DNA of 64,000 nt, from the IMG/VR virus record IMGVR_UViG_3300031801_001562; one strand, given 5' to 3'. This stretch comes from a virus (lineage: Duplodnaviria > Caudoviricetes). Position 1 is the first letter of the stretch. The number at the start of each line of letters is the position of its first letter. Position numbers and translations under genes: made by a program. Under the pieces are notes generated by a model that saw only the letters and a list, made by a program, of their open reading frames with translations, ran no database searches and was not told the origin of the DNA. Shown piece after piece: positions 28,261-38,649 of this stretch.

Positions 28261-29267
28261 TTAGAGACCTCGTAATATATTTCTTCACATTTATTTGGAA
28301 GATAATCCCTTTTATTCATCCAGTTAATTAATTTAATGCAATAATTTTTATCGAATACATTTGTCTTTAAGAAATTTATTATTTCTTTCTGTAAAAAATT
28401 ATTATTATTATTTATTATAATATCTTTTACGCTAGAAGGTAAATAAGATGCGTTTAACCATTCTGGTGCATCTAAAAAATCATATGATATAGTATTATTG
28501 GTTATCCCTTTTGATTCTATCCACTTAATCGTATCAGTTAAGTCTGTGCTATTAAGGGTATGAAAGACGTAATGAGGTATTACGAAAAAATACTTTAATT
28601 GTTTATCAAAATTTCTTTCAAATCGAGACCATTTAGTTCCATATCTAACGAATTCCGCTACATCACCAATTCCGTCAATACTAACATTATAATTCAAACT
28701 CTTGAATCTGGTAAGATATTCTCTCCATTTTTCATTTGGGAAAATAGAATTATTTGTAACAATCATTAAATTAATATTTTCAATTTTAAGAGTATTAAAC
28801 AATTCTAAATACAGTGGATCCATAAATGGCTCACCACCAAGAATTTTTAAATCTTCTAACTCACTTAAATCTAAATCTGGTAATGAATTTTTATGTAATT
28901 TTCCACCAATTGCCGAACTGAATTTGGAATTACAACCCATGCATTTAAAATTACATAAATTGGAAGCGGAAAATTCTAATTCCTTTATTTTTGGATTTTG
29001 AATATATTTTTTATCATATTTGCTATTGAAATTTTTGCGATAACTAGGTTTGCCTATTTCGTCATCTCTGTAACATTTTTCGCAACCCTCAATCCATTCA
29101 TCTTTAAGCATTTTTGATCTAAGGTCTATATTTTCAGGACCATTAAATGCCTGAAATAGACTATCATATTTTGGATAAATTCTTTTATCAAAAATGCAAC
29201 ATGGATTTATTTCTCCAGACGGATTCAATTGTATATGAGTAAAGGGCGCCATGCAAAAATGTTTCAT
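28245..29267 (-). CDS. Radical SAM protein with N-terminal SPASM/twitch-like domain
   Basis: CMAPF...G...PCC...CEKC; core CNFKCMGC, LGGEP. Confidence 0.9.
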   Translation of the reverse strand: MKHFCMAPFTHIQLNPSGEINPCCIFDKRIYPKYDSLFQAFNGPENIDLRSKMLKDEWIEGCEKCYRDDEIGKPSYRKNFNSKYDKKYIQNPKIKELEFSASNLCNFKCMGCNSKFSSAIGGKLHKNSLPDLDLSELEDLKILGGEPFMDPLYLELFNTLKIENINLMIVTNNSIFPNEKWREYLTRFKSLNYNVSIDGIGDVAEFVRYGTKWSRFERNFDKQLKYFFVIPHYVFHTLNSTDLTDTIKWIESKGITNNTISYDFLDAPEWLNASYLPSSVKDIIINNNNNFLQKEIINFLKTNVFDKNYCIKLINWMNKRDYLPNKCEEIYYEVSKCLKF

Positions 29268-30667
29268 TTTACGCGGACCAATTCATTATGTTCATCTATT
29301 TGATAATTTTGAAAATAGTCATTGAAATTTTGATTCCATATCATATCGGATTTTTTTCTATAAATTAAAAATCTATTATATTCATGGTATCGGGGTTTAA
29401 AGCTTTTAATATATTTAACTATGCGATGTAGTTTTTCCAGAGTCTGTTCATGCTTTACCCAATACATGTGTCCGGTTTTTTCGGAAACTCTGTCTATAGG
29501 TTTATCAAAATATGATTTAATTAGTTCCTCTGTTTTTTCTATATCTTTCATTGTTTCTTTTTCAAAATCTAATAATATCAATGAAGGGTCTAAATATTTT
29601 GGGGACTGCACTATGGATATATTCACAGATGCTTGCAAACTTATAAAAGATTCAAATACATCATAAATGTCCAGCATTTGATATATTGATGTTGTACATG
29701 TAATATCCAACCAGGTATAATCATTATATTCTCTAAATTTTTTAATATTTTTTTCTAATTGATCCCATGTTCCACCATTCCTAAAATAAGAATAAAATGT
29801 CCTGCCGGCATCAACCGATATTGTAATGGTAGAGGTATTAAATGGTAATAATAATTCAGATAATTTAACAACATCAAAATCAGAATTAAAATTAGAATGG
29901 AAACTAAGATGTATATTAGAAGCATTAGGGTGATCAGCTAACTTTTTTAATACTGGAAGAAATTGTTTTTGATATAAAAGTTCTCCACCTGCAAAATTAA
30001 TATGTTCCAGATAAGGAAAATTTTCATTCAAATCATCGACTATTTGCAAAGCTTGCTGGACAGTCAGAGACATTTCATAATCATCATTATCATCATGCCT
30101 ATGCTCGGTTCCTAATAGTTGTTTTAAATCGTATAGGTGTGTTTCTTCATCTGGTATAAAATTTTGAAGCTTCTTTGACCACCCGGAAGAAAATACTTTA
30201 GAACAATGTATACAAGCGAAATTGCAAGCATTACTAAATCTAAGTTCTATATGCCTTAACCCTTCATTTCTCACATAATGAGTTTTTGGATCATAACATT
30301 TTATTAAAAGATGTTCATCCGGACAATGTTCTTTATGAAATTTTTCATAAAATTGAACAGTATATATGTTAGCGTCTTTGGGAGGTTTTCCCTGATCCTT
30401 ATAAAAACTGCCATTCTTTTCTAAAGTAAAATCCTGTCTCATAGAAGGGACACCAACCGCTTCCATTGATTCGCAAGTATCACACCCTTTAGGCCATTCA
30501 TCATTGTGAAGTTTTCTTCTCAACTCTTTAAAATTTTCATGATTATAAATTTCCGAAGGTAAAAAAGTATCTTTTTGGAAAACTAATTGATCTGCCTGCC
30601 TTGGACAACAAGAAACAGTTCCGTTTTTATAATTTATTCCACCCATTGCATAAAAACATTGTTTCAT
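29264..30667 (-). CDS. Radical SAM protein with N-terminal SPASM/twitch-like domain
   Basis: C......G.V..CC...CDTC; core CNFACIHC, AGGE. Confidence 0.9.
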   Translation of the reverse strand: MKQCFYAMGGINYKNGTVSCCPRQADQLVFQKDTFLPSEIYNHENFKELRRKLHNDEWPKGCDTCESMEAVGVPSMRQDFTLEKNGSFYKDQGKPPKDANIYTVQFYEKFHKEHCPDEHLLIKCYDPKTHYVRNEGLRHIELRFSNACNFACIHCSKVFSSGWSKKLQNFIPDEETHLYDLKQLLGTEHRHDDNDDYEMSLTVQQALQIVDDLNENFPYLEHINFAGGELLYQKQFLPVLKKLADHPNASNIHLSFHSNFNSDFDVVKLSELLLPFNTSTITISVDAGRTFYSYFRNGGTWDQLEKNIKKFREYNDYTWLDITCTTSIYQMLDIYDVFESFISLQASVNISIVQSPKYLDPSLILLDFEKETMKDIEKTEELIKSYFDKPIDRVSEKTGHMYWVKHEQTLEKLHRIVKYIKSFKPRYHEYNRFLIYRKKSDMIWNQNFNDYFQNYQIDEHNELVRVK

Positions 30668-30668
30668 A

Positions 30669-31595
30669 TCATATCTCCTTATCTATAAAAATATCTCTTT
30701 TTTTAACTTTACAAGTATCCCAACATTTTTCTACTGGTGAGGGCCACGACCAAGATTTTTGTATAAGATCAAACATTTCACCATCAATAACTTCTGATAT
30801 AGTATTATATTTTAAATTGTTTGCTAAAATTCCTCCGGAGCCAGTCCAAATTTTTCCAAATTTAGTTTTTCCTTTTCTGGTAGCGGCTATTTCCAAAGCC
30901 TCGGAATTTAAATAACAACAAGGTAGCAATGCTCCGGTATGATTTATAAATAATCTTTTTTGATTACCATATTTACATTGAATTTCTTTTTCTTCTTCCA
31001 CTTCTTTTTTTACCTCTCCACTTCCTCCTCTATGAGAAAATATTGCTCTGAATCTTTTAAACCCTTCCTCTTCCGACATTCTTTCTGCATCATCAAATAA
31101 GTGCTCGTTATGGTCAAACACAATAAACTGCCAAGTTGCATTGCCTCCTGCTCCTATAAAGGCTCTCCAATTTTCTTGCACTTTTTTAAAATTAGAACCG
31201 ATTCGATATTTTACTAATGATTCCTGATCTGTTCCATCTAATCCAAAAAATACTGAGGTCCCTAGTTCACCCAACTCCTTCCAAAATTCTTTTGTTTTGG
31301 TAGACCCATTAGATGCAATATTAACATCTGTAAAAGATTTAAAATGTCTTACAATTTTTAATATATCTGGATGAAGGGTGGGCTCATCTACGGAACCACA
31401 AAAATTTAATAATTTAAGATTAGGAAATTCTTTAGAGGTAATCCATCTTTTAAGATCTTCAAAATCAATAATATTTTTATTTAAAATAGATTCAACTTGC
31501 TCTTTCTTTTCTTGCCTAAGACAACCGGGGCATGCTATATTACAAAAGCTAGTTAATTCTACATCAATCCATTCAATTGTTTTATTATTCCACAT
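30669..31595 (-). CDS. Radical SAM protein with C-terminal SPASM-like domain
   Basis: CNIACPGC; CGSVDEP; C...G.LLPCC...CWDTC. Confidence 0.9.
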   Translation of the reverse strand: MWNNKTIEWIDVELTSFCNIACPGCLRQEKKEQVESILNKNIIDFEDLKRWITSKEFPNLKLLNFCGSVDEPTLHPDILKIVRHFKSFTDVNIASNGSTKTKEFWKELGELGTSVFFGLDGTDQESLVKYRIGSNFKKVQENWRAFIGAGGNATWQFIVFDHNEHLFDDAERMSEEEGFKRFRAIFSHRGGSGEVKKEVEEEKEIQCKYGNQKRLFINHTGALLPCCYLNSEALEIAATRKGKTKFGKIWTGSGGILANNLKYNTISEVIDGEMFDLIQKSWSWPSPVEKCWDTCKVKKRDIFIDKEI

Positions 31596-32571
31596 TTTTT
31601 ATAACCGCTCGCTTTCCATCATCACCGCAAGTAAGATAACATCTGGGGATATGAAGAGGGTGCATATTATTCCAACTTTCTTTTAATGTTGTTTTATACC
31701 ATTCGCTTTCTAAAATTTCTTCTATAGAATGTTTTTTTAAATTATTAAAATTATGACCTATATTAGTAAATAAATTTTCTATATCTTTAGTTTTATTAGC
31801 AACTTGCTCATCATACAAATGACAACACGGCCATAATCTTCTATTTACTCCAATAAATATTTCACCTTTTATTTTATGACGACAAGCGATTCTGGCTTCT
31901 TCATAATTTTTTTCTCTAGCTCTTTTTTCAACATCCTCATATGTTTCAGAATCTATTTCCTTTGCCACTCTCGATTTTATTTTAGCAAATTTAGAATTAT
32001 TTCTCCAACTTTTTCTAGTAGCAAATTTCATTCCTTTCTCTTTAGCCATTTGTCTTGCTAAATCAATTTCATGTTCATTATAATCAAAAATAATATATTG
32101 CCAAATAGAATGGCCACCTGCTTCATTATATACATTTACATTTTCCCAAACCTTTTCCAAACTAACATTTTCACGATAATCATTTCTAGTAGCTCCGTCA
32201 ATAGCCCAATGAACATAAAATCTTTTATCAGAATTTTTAGATAATAATCCAAGATGTTTCCAAAAATCTAAATGTCTGGTTCCACCATTTGTAGACATTT
32301 CAATATCTCGAACTTTCTTTTCAAAAAGAAAATAAAATATAATTTCAACTAAATCTGGATTTATTATAGGATCACCTAAAACCCCACACATTTTTATTTT
32401 GGTTTTAGTTAAATCTATTTTATCAAACCAATCCTGAATCTCTGAAATATTTAAATTATCTTTTAAATAATATTCTCCACGTTCATCAAGAATAGTTCTC
32501 ATACATCCGGAACATTTTGCATTACAAAGAGAAGATAATTCTATTTCTATAATGTTTATATCAAATTGCAT
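31585..32571 (-). CDS. Radical SAM protein with C-terminal SPASM-like domain
   Basis: CNAKCSGC; CGVLGDP; C...WPCC...CYLTC. Confidence 0.9.
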   Translation of the reverse strand: MQFDINIIEIELSSLCNAKCSGCMRTILDERGEYYLKDNLNISEIQDWFDKIDLTKTKIKMCGVLGDPIINPDLVEIIFYFLFEKKVRDIEMSTNGGTRHLDFWKHLGLLSKNSDKRFYVHWAIDGATRNDYRENVSLEKVWENVNVYNEAGGHSIWQYIIFDYNEHEIDLARQMAKEKGMKFATRKSWRNNSKFAKIKSRVAKEIDSETYEDVEKRAREKNYEEARIACRHKIKGEIFIGVNRRLWPCCHLYDEQVANKTKDIENLFTNIGHNFNNLKKHSIEEILESEWYKTTLKESWNNMHPLHIPRCYLTCGDDGKRAVIKNVE

Positions 32572-33700
32572 CGAGTTCTTGAAAAACTTTTTTTGTTGTT
32601 AAATCCGTTTCCCAATTACTTTCTTTTTGAGAAACAATTTCATATGTAAGATCATCAACCACATGCTTTGTAAACATAGGTTCAATATTTTGACTGGTTT
32701 TTGTTACACACATTCCACATCCGCAAAATGTCTTAGGGCACGTAATCATCGGTATACGATTATGAACATATAATTCATGTTCTAAACCATCAATGATTTT
32801 ATCAAATTCTGAAATCTTACCTAATGGTGCAACTTCTCCATCTAAATTAACCCCGCATGTTTGGTGAGTCCAAACTCTATCAGCTTCAGAATTTATAAAA
32901 AGAAAATACCAATTGACCATACAATTCCAACCCACAAAATTAGTGCTAGGAAGGAAATAAGTATCCACACCATCAGCTTTGAAGCTTCTACCCCCGCAGC
33001 AAGGTCGACCAAGCCCGGTTTGACTGTTTCCTTTTTCGGTAACATTTTGTCCTTTCTGTTTCCAATAATTTCGAAACCATTTCATCTGTTCTCGATTATA
33101 ACGATGGGCATATCCTAATTTAATAGCCATTTTATCATTTTCTTCATCACCTATAATTCTGGGAACAAAATCTACTCCGTTTTTTTCTAACTTTTCACAA
33201 ACATCTATACATTCTTTAAAATAATCCTTATGAAACATTACATTAACTTTATACTTAGATCTTAAAGATATTGCATTTGATATACAAGTTTCTTTTTGTT
33301 TCTTTGTGGCTTCACCATGATATGATATAGTACCACCTGTTGTATAAGCATGTACTTGAGATAAAACCTTTTCACCAAACCACCCATTAGTAGTAAGACC
33401 TCTACTAAAATCTGGATATTCATATCTAATATCTTTTAAGAGTTTAAAAAAATCTGGATGAACAGTGGGTTCACCTCCAGTAAAACTTAATTTCTTTTTG
33501 GCAGGTTTTTTTCTAAAAGCATCATATAGCAGTGCATACTCTGCTATTCCTTCCATAGTTTTTTTTAAAGTTTCATATTTTATATATGGAGAAGTTTTAT
33601 TATTACGATGTGGTGGACAATAAGTACAAGCAAACGAACATCGGCGTCCTAAATCCCATATTATCTGATAACGATTTGATTTATCTTCTATACTATACAT
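32561..33700 (-). CDS. Radical SAM protein with C-terminal FxGWxC auxiliary domain
   Basis: WDLGRRCSFACTYC; TGGEPTVH; start reassigned from 33790 to the overlap-coupled ATG. Confidence 0.9.
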   Translation of the reverse strand: MYSIEDKSNRYQIIWDLGRRCSFACTYCPPHRNNKTSPYIKYETLKKTMEGIAEYALLYDAFRKKPAKKKLSFTGGEPTVHPDFFKLLKDIRYEYPDFSRGLTTNGWFGEKVLSQVHAYTTGGTISYHGEATKKQKETCISNAISLRSKYKVNVMFHKDYFKECIDVCEKLEKNGVDFVPRIIGDEENDKMAIKLGYAHRYNREQMKWFRNYWKQKGQNVTEKGNSQTGLGRPCCGGRSFKADGVDTYFLPSTNFVGWNCMVNWYFLFINSEADRVWTHQTCGVNLDGEVAPLGKISEFDKIIDGLEHELYVHNRIPMITCPKTFCGCGMCVTKTSQNIEPMFTKHVVDDLTYEIVSQKESNWETDLTTKKVFQELDAI

Positions 33701-34505
33701 ATCTACCAAATGCCCAATATCGTTCCTGACACCACCAACACTTTTTACAATGTCGAGTATGATGTTTTGTGTCCTCGATACTTCCTTCACAACTATATGT
33801 TAATGGAAATAAAGAATCTAATAATTCTTTATCTTTATATGCTTCTGCTTCCCATTTTTTATTAACATTTATAAATGGATTTATATAGTGTCTATATCCA
33901 TTTCGTTGTTCAACAATTTTATCAACTCCAGTGTCATCCCTAACACGTTCTTTGTTCTTAGGTATCGTTGAATCATCCGCTGGTGGATTTGAAGTGATTC
34001 CTGAATATAATATTTCAAATTTACGATGACGAAAATTATAATCATCTCTTTCCCAAAATATTTTTATTTCTCTCATATATTCATCATCTAATGGAGGATA
34101 ATAAACCTCGTGAGGTAAAATGAAATCAACACCCAAATCTTCCTCTATAAAGTCTATTACGTTTCCGGCATATATAGGATTGTTCGCCCGGCCTCTGCGA
34201 ACAGATATAGGTTGAAATTTAATATCTAATTTTTCATCACGTATTTTTTTACATAATAGATAAGCCAATAAAGAACTATCTGCCCCGCCAGACATCCATT
34301 GTCCTATAACATTAACAGGAATTTCTTCTATATCTGTAGAACCTTCAAACGAACCCAATTTAAATAAAAATTCTTCATTTTCATATGGTTCTTTATCTGC
34401 ATCTTTATATGAATCAAAAAAATCTTCTAAAACTTGTTGCTTTAATCGTTTTGTAGTTGATGGTATTTTAATTTCAACAGTTTTATTTAAATATGTTAAT
34501 TTCAT
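33693..34505 (-). CDS. QueC-like PP-loop (adenine nucleotide alpha hydrolase) protein, divergent
   Basis: MSGGADSS PP-loop; C-terminal TYSC...HCKKCWWCQER zinc site; lacks the QueC YVPFRN motif. Confidence 0.75.
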   Translation of the reverse strand: MKLTYLNKTVEIKIPSTTKRLKQQVLEDFFDSYKDADKEPYENEEFLFKLGSFEGSTDIEEIPVNVIGQWMSGGADSSLLAYLLCKKIRDEKLDIKFQPISVRRGRANNPIYAGNVIDFIEEDLGVDFILPHEVYYPPLDDEYMREIKIFWERDDYNFRHRKFEILYSGITSNPPADDSTIPKNKERVRDDTGVDKIVEQRNGYRHYINPFINVNKKWEAEAYKDKELLDSLFPLTYSCEGSIEDTKHHTRHCKKCWWCQERYWAFGRYV

Positions 34506-35929
34506 AATTTATTATACCATTCTAACCATTCTAAATCTGGAAAAATTTTATTAAAATCTAAATCTCTTTTGTCTGATACTTTATAACACCATTCAACTGT
34601 TTCCGGTAATCTTTCGGACCAATCTTCCGAATTCATGAAAGAAGTAAGGCCTTCTAATCTTTTTATTCCGTAAGGAAGTATTTTCCATTCATCCCATGTT
34701 AAATTTTCAACACCATTACATTTGCGCCAATTATCTTTTAACCATTTTCCAAAATCTTTATATTTTAATGTTGTTTCCTTTTTAAACCAATCAGGTAATA
34801 CTTTACAATTTAATTGCGGAGGCCAATATGCAAGATGCAAATCTATCATGCCGGCACCCGCAGGAAATTTATTTAATATCTTCCAATCTTCTTCTAATTT
34901 CCAAGTTATAAATTCGGGTAAGTAAAAAATATTTAGTGCTGTAATACATGTTGCAGTTGTAAGTCTTAAATTATCATAAGGATAATCATCCATTTTATGT
35001 AATTGGTTTACAACTCTTTTCCACTTTGCAGGATATCGAATAAAATAATTTTGTTCTCCGTATGCATCTATACTAAAATGCATAATAACATTTTTAAATT
35101 CTTTCCAAAGATCAAATAAATTAGATTGCCATTCTATACCATTTGAATTATATCTCAGCTCAATATTTTTAGCATGACCCATTTCAATAATTTTTTCAAG
35201 AACTTCATAATGTTCATTCATTATAAGTGATTCTCCACCAGCCCAATATAACTGCCTTAATGTAGGGACTTGTTCGTAAAAGTCTTCCCAAAATTCCGGA
35301 TTTTTTTTATGCCAAGCATAACTTCCACCTGACCATGCTAATTTTCCAGATTCCTTTTCCCACTCCATACTAGACTTGAGTCTTTTATTTTCTAGAGTAG
35401 GCCAAATTTCTTTATATTCTTTTATCCATTTGCTACTATCATGAGGGCTACACATAACACATGCGAGCTGGCACTTATTACCAAGGCGAAGATCAATGTA
35501 CCTTATTTTAGGTGGTATAGCGCCGTCTGTTTCAGTTTCGCCAATGATCTCGTCGAGGCCAAGTTCATTAACCCACTTCGCGGTTTCCCATTGCCTTTTG
35601 CTTCTGTGACCAGCATCTTCTTCCTTAAAACATTTTAAACAAGATGATGGTTTTTCACCTCGCAACATCATTCTTCTGACACCTTTCATATATTCATTAT
35701 TCCAGGCATCTAATAATCTAGTTGTGGCTAAATTTGCTGGCTTACCATCATCTCTTTTAAGAACTCCGGCTTCCGAAACAGTTTTATTAGTAGAATCTTT
35801 ATCTTGTACCGCCGAAGCATTTGCAGTACAGCATACTCTCATATGACCCGATGGTCGAGTCGAAATATGCATCCATGGTAAAGCACAAAATGTTGAAGAT
35901 GGAGTTGGCGGATCATTATCTATTTTCAT
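34502..35929 (-). CDS. Radical SAM protein with N-terminal SPASM/twitch-like domain
   Basis: FCALPW...G..RVCC...CLKC; core CQLACVMC, AGGE. Confidence 0.9.
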   Translation of the reverse strand: MKIDNDPPTPSSTFCALPWMHISTRPSGHMRVCCTANASAVQDKDSTNKTVSEAGVLKRDDGKPANLATTRLLDAWNNEYMKGVRRMMLRGEKPSSCLKCFKEEDAGHRSKRQWETAKWVNELGLDEIIGETETDGAIPPKIRYIDLRLGNKCQLACVMCSPHDSSKWIKEYKEIWPTLENKRLKSSMEWEKESGKLAWSGGSYAWHKKNPEFWEDFYEQVPTLRQLYWAGGESLIMNEHYEVLEKIIEMGHAKNIELRYNSNGIEWQSNLFDLWKEFKNVIMHFSIDAYGEQNYFIRYPAKWKRVVNQLHKMDDYPYDNLRLTTATCITALNIFYLPEFITWKLEEDWKILNKFPAGAGMIDLHLAYWPPQLNCKVLPDWFKKETTLKYKDFGKWLKDNWRKCNGVENLTWDEWKILPYGIKRLEGLTSFMNSEDWSERLPETVEWCYKVSDKRDLDFNKIFPDLEWLEWYNKL

Positions 35930-35930
35930 A

Positions 35931-37106
35931 TTAACTGTCTAACCAGGATATTAAGTTGGGGTGAAGATAATCTCGGAAATTCTGATTACGAGATGAATCA
36001 AACAATTTTATTTCTTTAATCATCTTTTGTTTATCTTCTTGATTATTATCAATAGCATCTTGAATCATATTTAATAACATATGATCACTAAACTCTACAT
36101 TAAGAATTTTATTATATAATTTTTTTAATAAAAATATAGGTAATCTTTTTATACCTATACCTCTGAGATTGGGATATACTTCAGTAAAATAAATATTAAA
36201 TGAATCATTATTCCAGTTTATCAATTCATCTATATAAAATATATTTAATGAACTTACTACACAATTATATTTAATTTCTCTTATATTATAACATTTTTTA
36301 ATAAAATTAGCAATTGATTTTTCTACTTTTTTAAAAGTATATGGATATCTCACATATTCAAAATTTTTCCCTATTGAATCAATCGATATTGTAAAATATA
36401 ATCCCTTGAAGTCGTTAAGAATATCACAAATTTTATTAGTAAATAAAGACCCATTCGTTGTTACATTTAAATTTAACCCATCTTTTTTTAGCGGTATCAT
36501 GGCATTAATAAATTGTTTATTAAAAAGAGGTTCTCCTCCAGTTACTTTTAATGCACCAATTTTGTGTATATTATTGATCACCCACTCCCATTGGGGCAAT
36601 TCTACTGAGCTTAATATATCACTAGAAGAAAAAAATCCATCAGTTACCGAAGTGATATCATCAATGCTTTCATGGCGTTTGAAATAATTAAAATCTTTTT
36701 GAAGTAAGCTTGAAGCCATCGGGGAACACATTCGGCATGCCATATTACATTTATTATCTAATAAAAAATGTACCATTAATCCGAGAGTGTCTTTATCAAT
36801 TTTGTCAGGATTTAATCTGGGACTATGTGGTCCTGTTTTTTCTCGGTCCCAACAAAATTTACACCTTTTATCTTTTACGCCCTTTAGGTGGTTATCCTGC
36901 AGGGTTCGATAATTTGAAGAATCAATTATTTGTTCCGGATTTAATTCCGAATCATTGGATTGCCATTCAAGGGGGTTTGGTATTTTTTGAATAGGGCAAT
37001 GGCTTTCATTATTTTTAGTTATAGCCTCACAGGGCATAAAAAGAGGAAAATCTTTTTTTCGATTTATAAAAAAAACAGATTTAAATGGTAAATCACAAAG
37101 AGGCAT
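35931..37106 (-). CDS. Radical SAM protein with N-terminal Cys-rich domain
   Basis: C.LPF...PC...CKFCW; core CNMACRMC, TGGEP; paralog of 54447-55592. Confidence 0.9.
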   Translation of the reverse strand: MPLCDLPFKSVFFINRKKDFPLFMPCEAITKNNESHCPIQKIPNPLEWQSNDSELNPEQIIDSSNYRTLQDNHLKGVKDKRCKFCWDREKTGPHSPRLNPDKIDKDTLGLMVHFLLDNKCNMACRMCSPMASSLLQKDFNYFKRHESIDDITSVTDGFFSSSDILSSVELPQWEWVINNIHKIGALKVTGGEPLFNKQFINAMIPLKKDGLNLNVTTNGSLFTNKICDILNDFKGLYFTISIDSIGKNFEYVRYPYTFKKVEKSIANFIKKCYNIREIKYNCVVSSLNIFYIDELINWNNDSFNIYFTEVYPNLRGIGIKRLPIFLLKKLYNKILNVEFSDHMLLNMIQDAIDNNQEDKQKMIKEIKLFDSSRNQNFRDYLHPNLISWLDS

Positions 37107-37109
37107 TTT

Positions 37110-37778
37110 CTAAACATAATTAACACTGATTTGCTTATTGCGCTTTAATGATGGAAATGTAAAAGTAGGATCGCTGTGATGTTCTCGTCTATCTCTTTTT
37201 GTATCTGCAACACCAACACCCATTAACAATACAGGGCTCTCTCCTAAAATATCTTTAACAGCTTGAGAATCCATACACTTACAACAACCAGTGGAATAAC
37301 CCATCTGCGTTGCTATAACATTTACGTAGCCGGCTGAAATACCAATCGCCATTGCACGATCTTCTTCATAATCATCATCCTCTTCTCTTACTTGAGTAGG
37401 TTCATTTTTAGTAAATGCCAATAGCATTTGTCCTAAAACTTGAGGATTAGTATACCAATCGCCCTCTCCATCACCTTCTTCAAAGTGAGCTCGACCGTCT
37501 TTAGATCTTTCATGAGGAGATTTGTTCGCATCATAGGTTTTATAGATTGGTCCAAAGCCTTCTGTGTGTGAATGAATTTTTTCAATCATATCTCGATCTT
37601 CAATAACGTGAAGATTAAAATAGTTAAGATTTTGTTTTGAAGGAGAATTAGTTGCGGCCTCAACAATTAAATCTTTATCTTCTTGAGGAATGTCTTTACT
37701 TAAATCCCAATTCCTCTGACACTTTTGAGATTCATGAATCGTTTCTCGCAGCATCTTATTAAATGAACCATGTGCCAT
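37110..37778 (-). CDS. Nitroreductase-family flavoprotein
   Basis: SQKCQRNWD....IP.E....IVEAA...PSKQN, GISAG.....A..MGY.TG. Confidence 0.85.
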   Translation of the reverse strand: MAHGSFNKMLRETIHESQKCQRNWDLSKDIPQEDKDLIVEAATNSPSKQNLNYFNLHVIEDRDMIEKIHSHTEGFGPIYKTYDANKSPHERSKDGRAHFEEGDGEGDWYTNPQVLGQMLLAFTKNEPTQVREEDDDYEEDRAMAIGISAGYVNVIATQMGYSTGCCKCMDSQAVKDILGESPVLLMGVGVADTKRDRREHHSDPTFTFPSLKRNKQISVNYV

Positions 37779-37802
37779 AATTATTTCCTTATTAAATTTT
37801 TA

Positions 37803-38132
37803 TTAATCAATAATCTGTTCCATAACATCTGAAACGGTATAACTTATATTATATTTATGCATTAATCTTTTTTGATCATTTCTTAATTTTATACTATTAT
37901 AATATTCTTCTTGTGTTTGATATATGTGTGTTAATATACCGATATTAGGCGGGGTAAAGGTTAAGAAAAAGTGTTCATGACCATATTGCTCCATAAGTTT
38001 AAAATTATATATTCGTAAAGGATCTTTGTTTTGGGGCACCAACGATATTTCAAACCATTTTTTAAATTCATATTTATTTTTAAATGCTTTATCAGAACAC
38101 GTTATTATTGTTTGTATAATATATCTATTCAT
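37803..38132 (-). CDS. Hypothetical protein (109 aa)
   Basis: Track ORF 37803-38309 trimmed to the MNRYII ATG that overlaps the upstream stop. Confidence 0.65.
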   Translation of the reverse strand: MNRYIIQTIITCSDKAFKNKYEFKKWFEISLVPQNKDPLRIYNFKLMEQYGHEHFFLTFTPPNIGILTHIYQTQEEYYNSIKLRNDQKRLMHKYNISYTVSDVMEQIID

Positions 38133-38649
38133 TATTCTCCGGAATAATCCATGGATAATCAATATTACTTGGTGCCGAAAAATAGTTAAGAGACCAACGA
38201 TTATTCTTACATTCAACTTTATGTTCCATTGCCGGCTTATTAAATTGTTTTGCTCCCATATCGCCGAGCCAAATAAACAATCCATAATCCAACTCTTCCC
38301 ATTGTTCATTTATTTTAAGATACATTCCAGGATAAATGTTATAAAGAAAAGATAACATTCCTCTATCTGTATGCTCTCTAATATAACCTTTATTATATTT
38401 TAATATCGAAGCTTTAAAGTTTTTTGTATTTTCATATAAAGGATCATCTAAAATATCCATATTTAAATTATACATTTCACTACACCATTTTTCAGCCTTC
38501 ATTTCTAGAAATGGAGTCCAATCATACATTTCCATTTTCCAATAGTTATCGTGAAAGTTATTCCATTCTACATTATCAAATTCTTTAATAGGGATATCAA
38601 TTTGATAATCTATTTTACAATATCCTTTATCTAATATTTTATCTATCAT
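38125..38649 (-). CDS. Fe(II)/2-oxoglutarate oxygenase (IPNS-like C-terminal motifs)
   Basis: HTD...LSFL...LGD...H.V....RWS. Confidence 0.75.
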   Translation of the reverse strand: MIDKILDKGYCKIDYQIDIPIKEFDNVEWNNFHDNYWKMEMYDWTPFLEMKAEKWCSEMYNLNMDILDDPLYENTKNFKASILKYNKGYIREHTDRGMLSFLYNIYPGMYLKINEQWEELDYGLFIWLGDMGAKQFNKPAMEHKVECKNNRWSLNYFSAPSNIDYPWIIPENNE

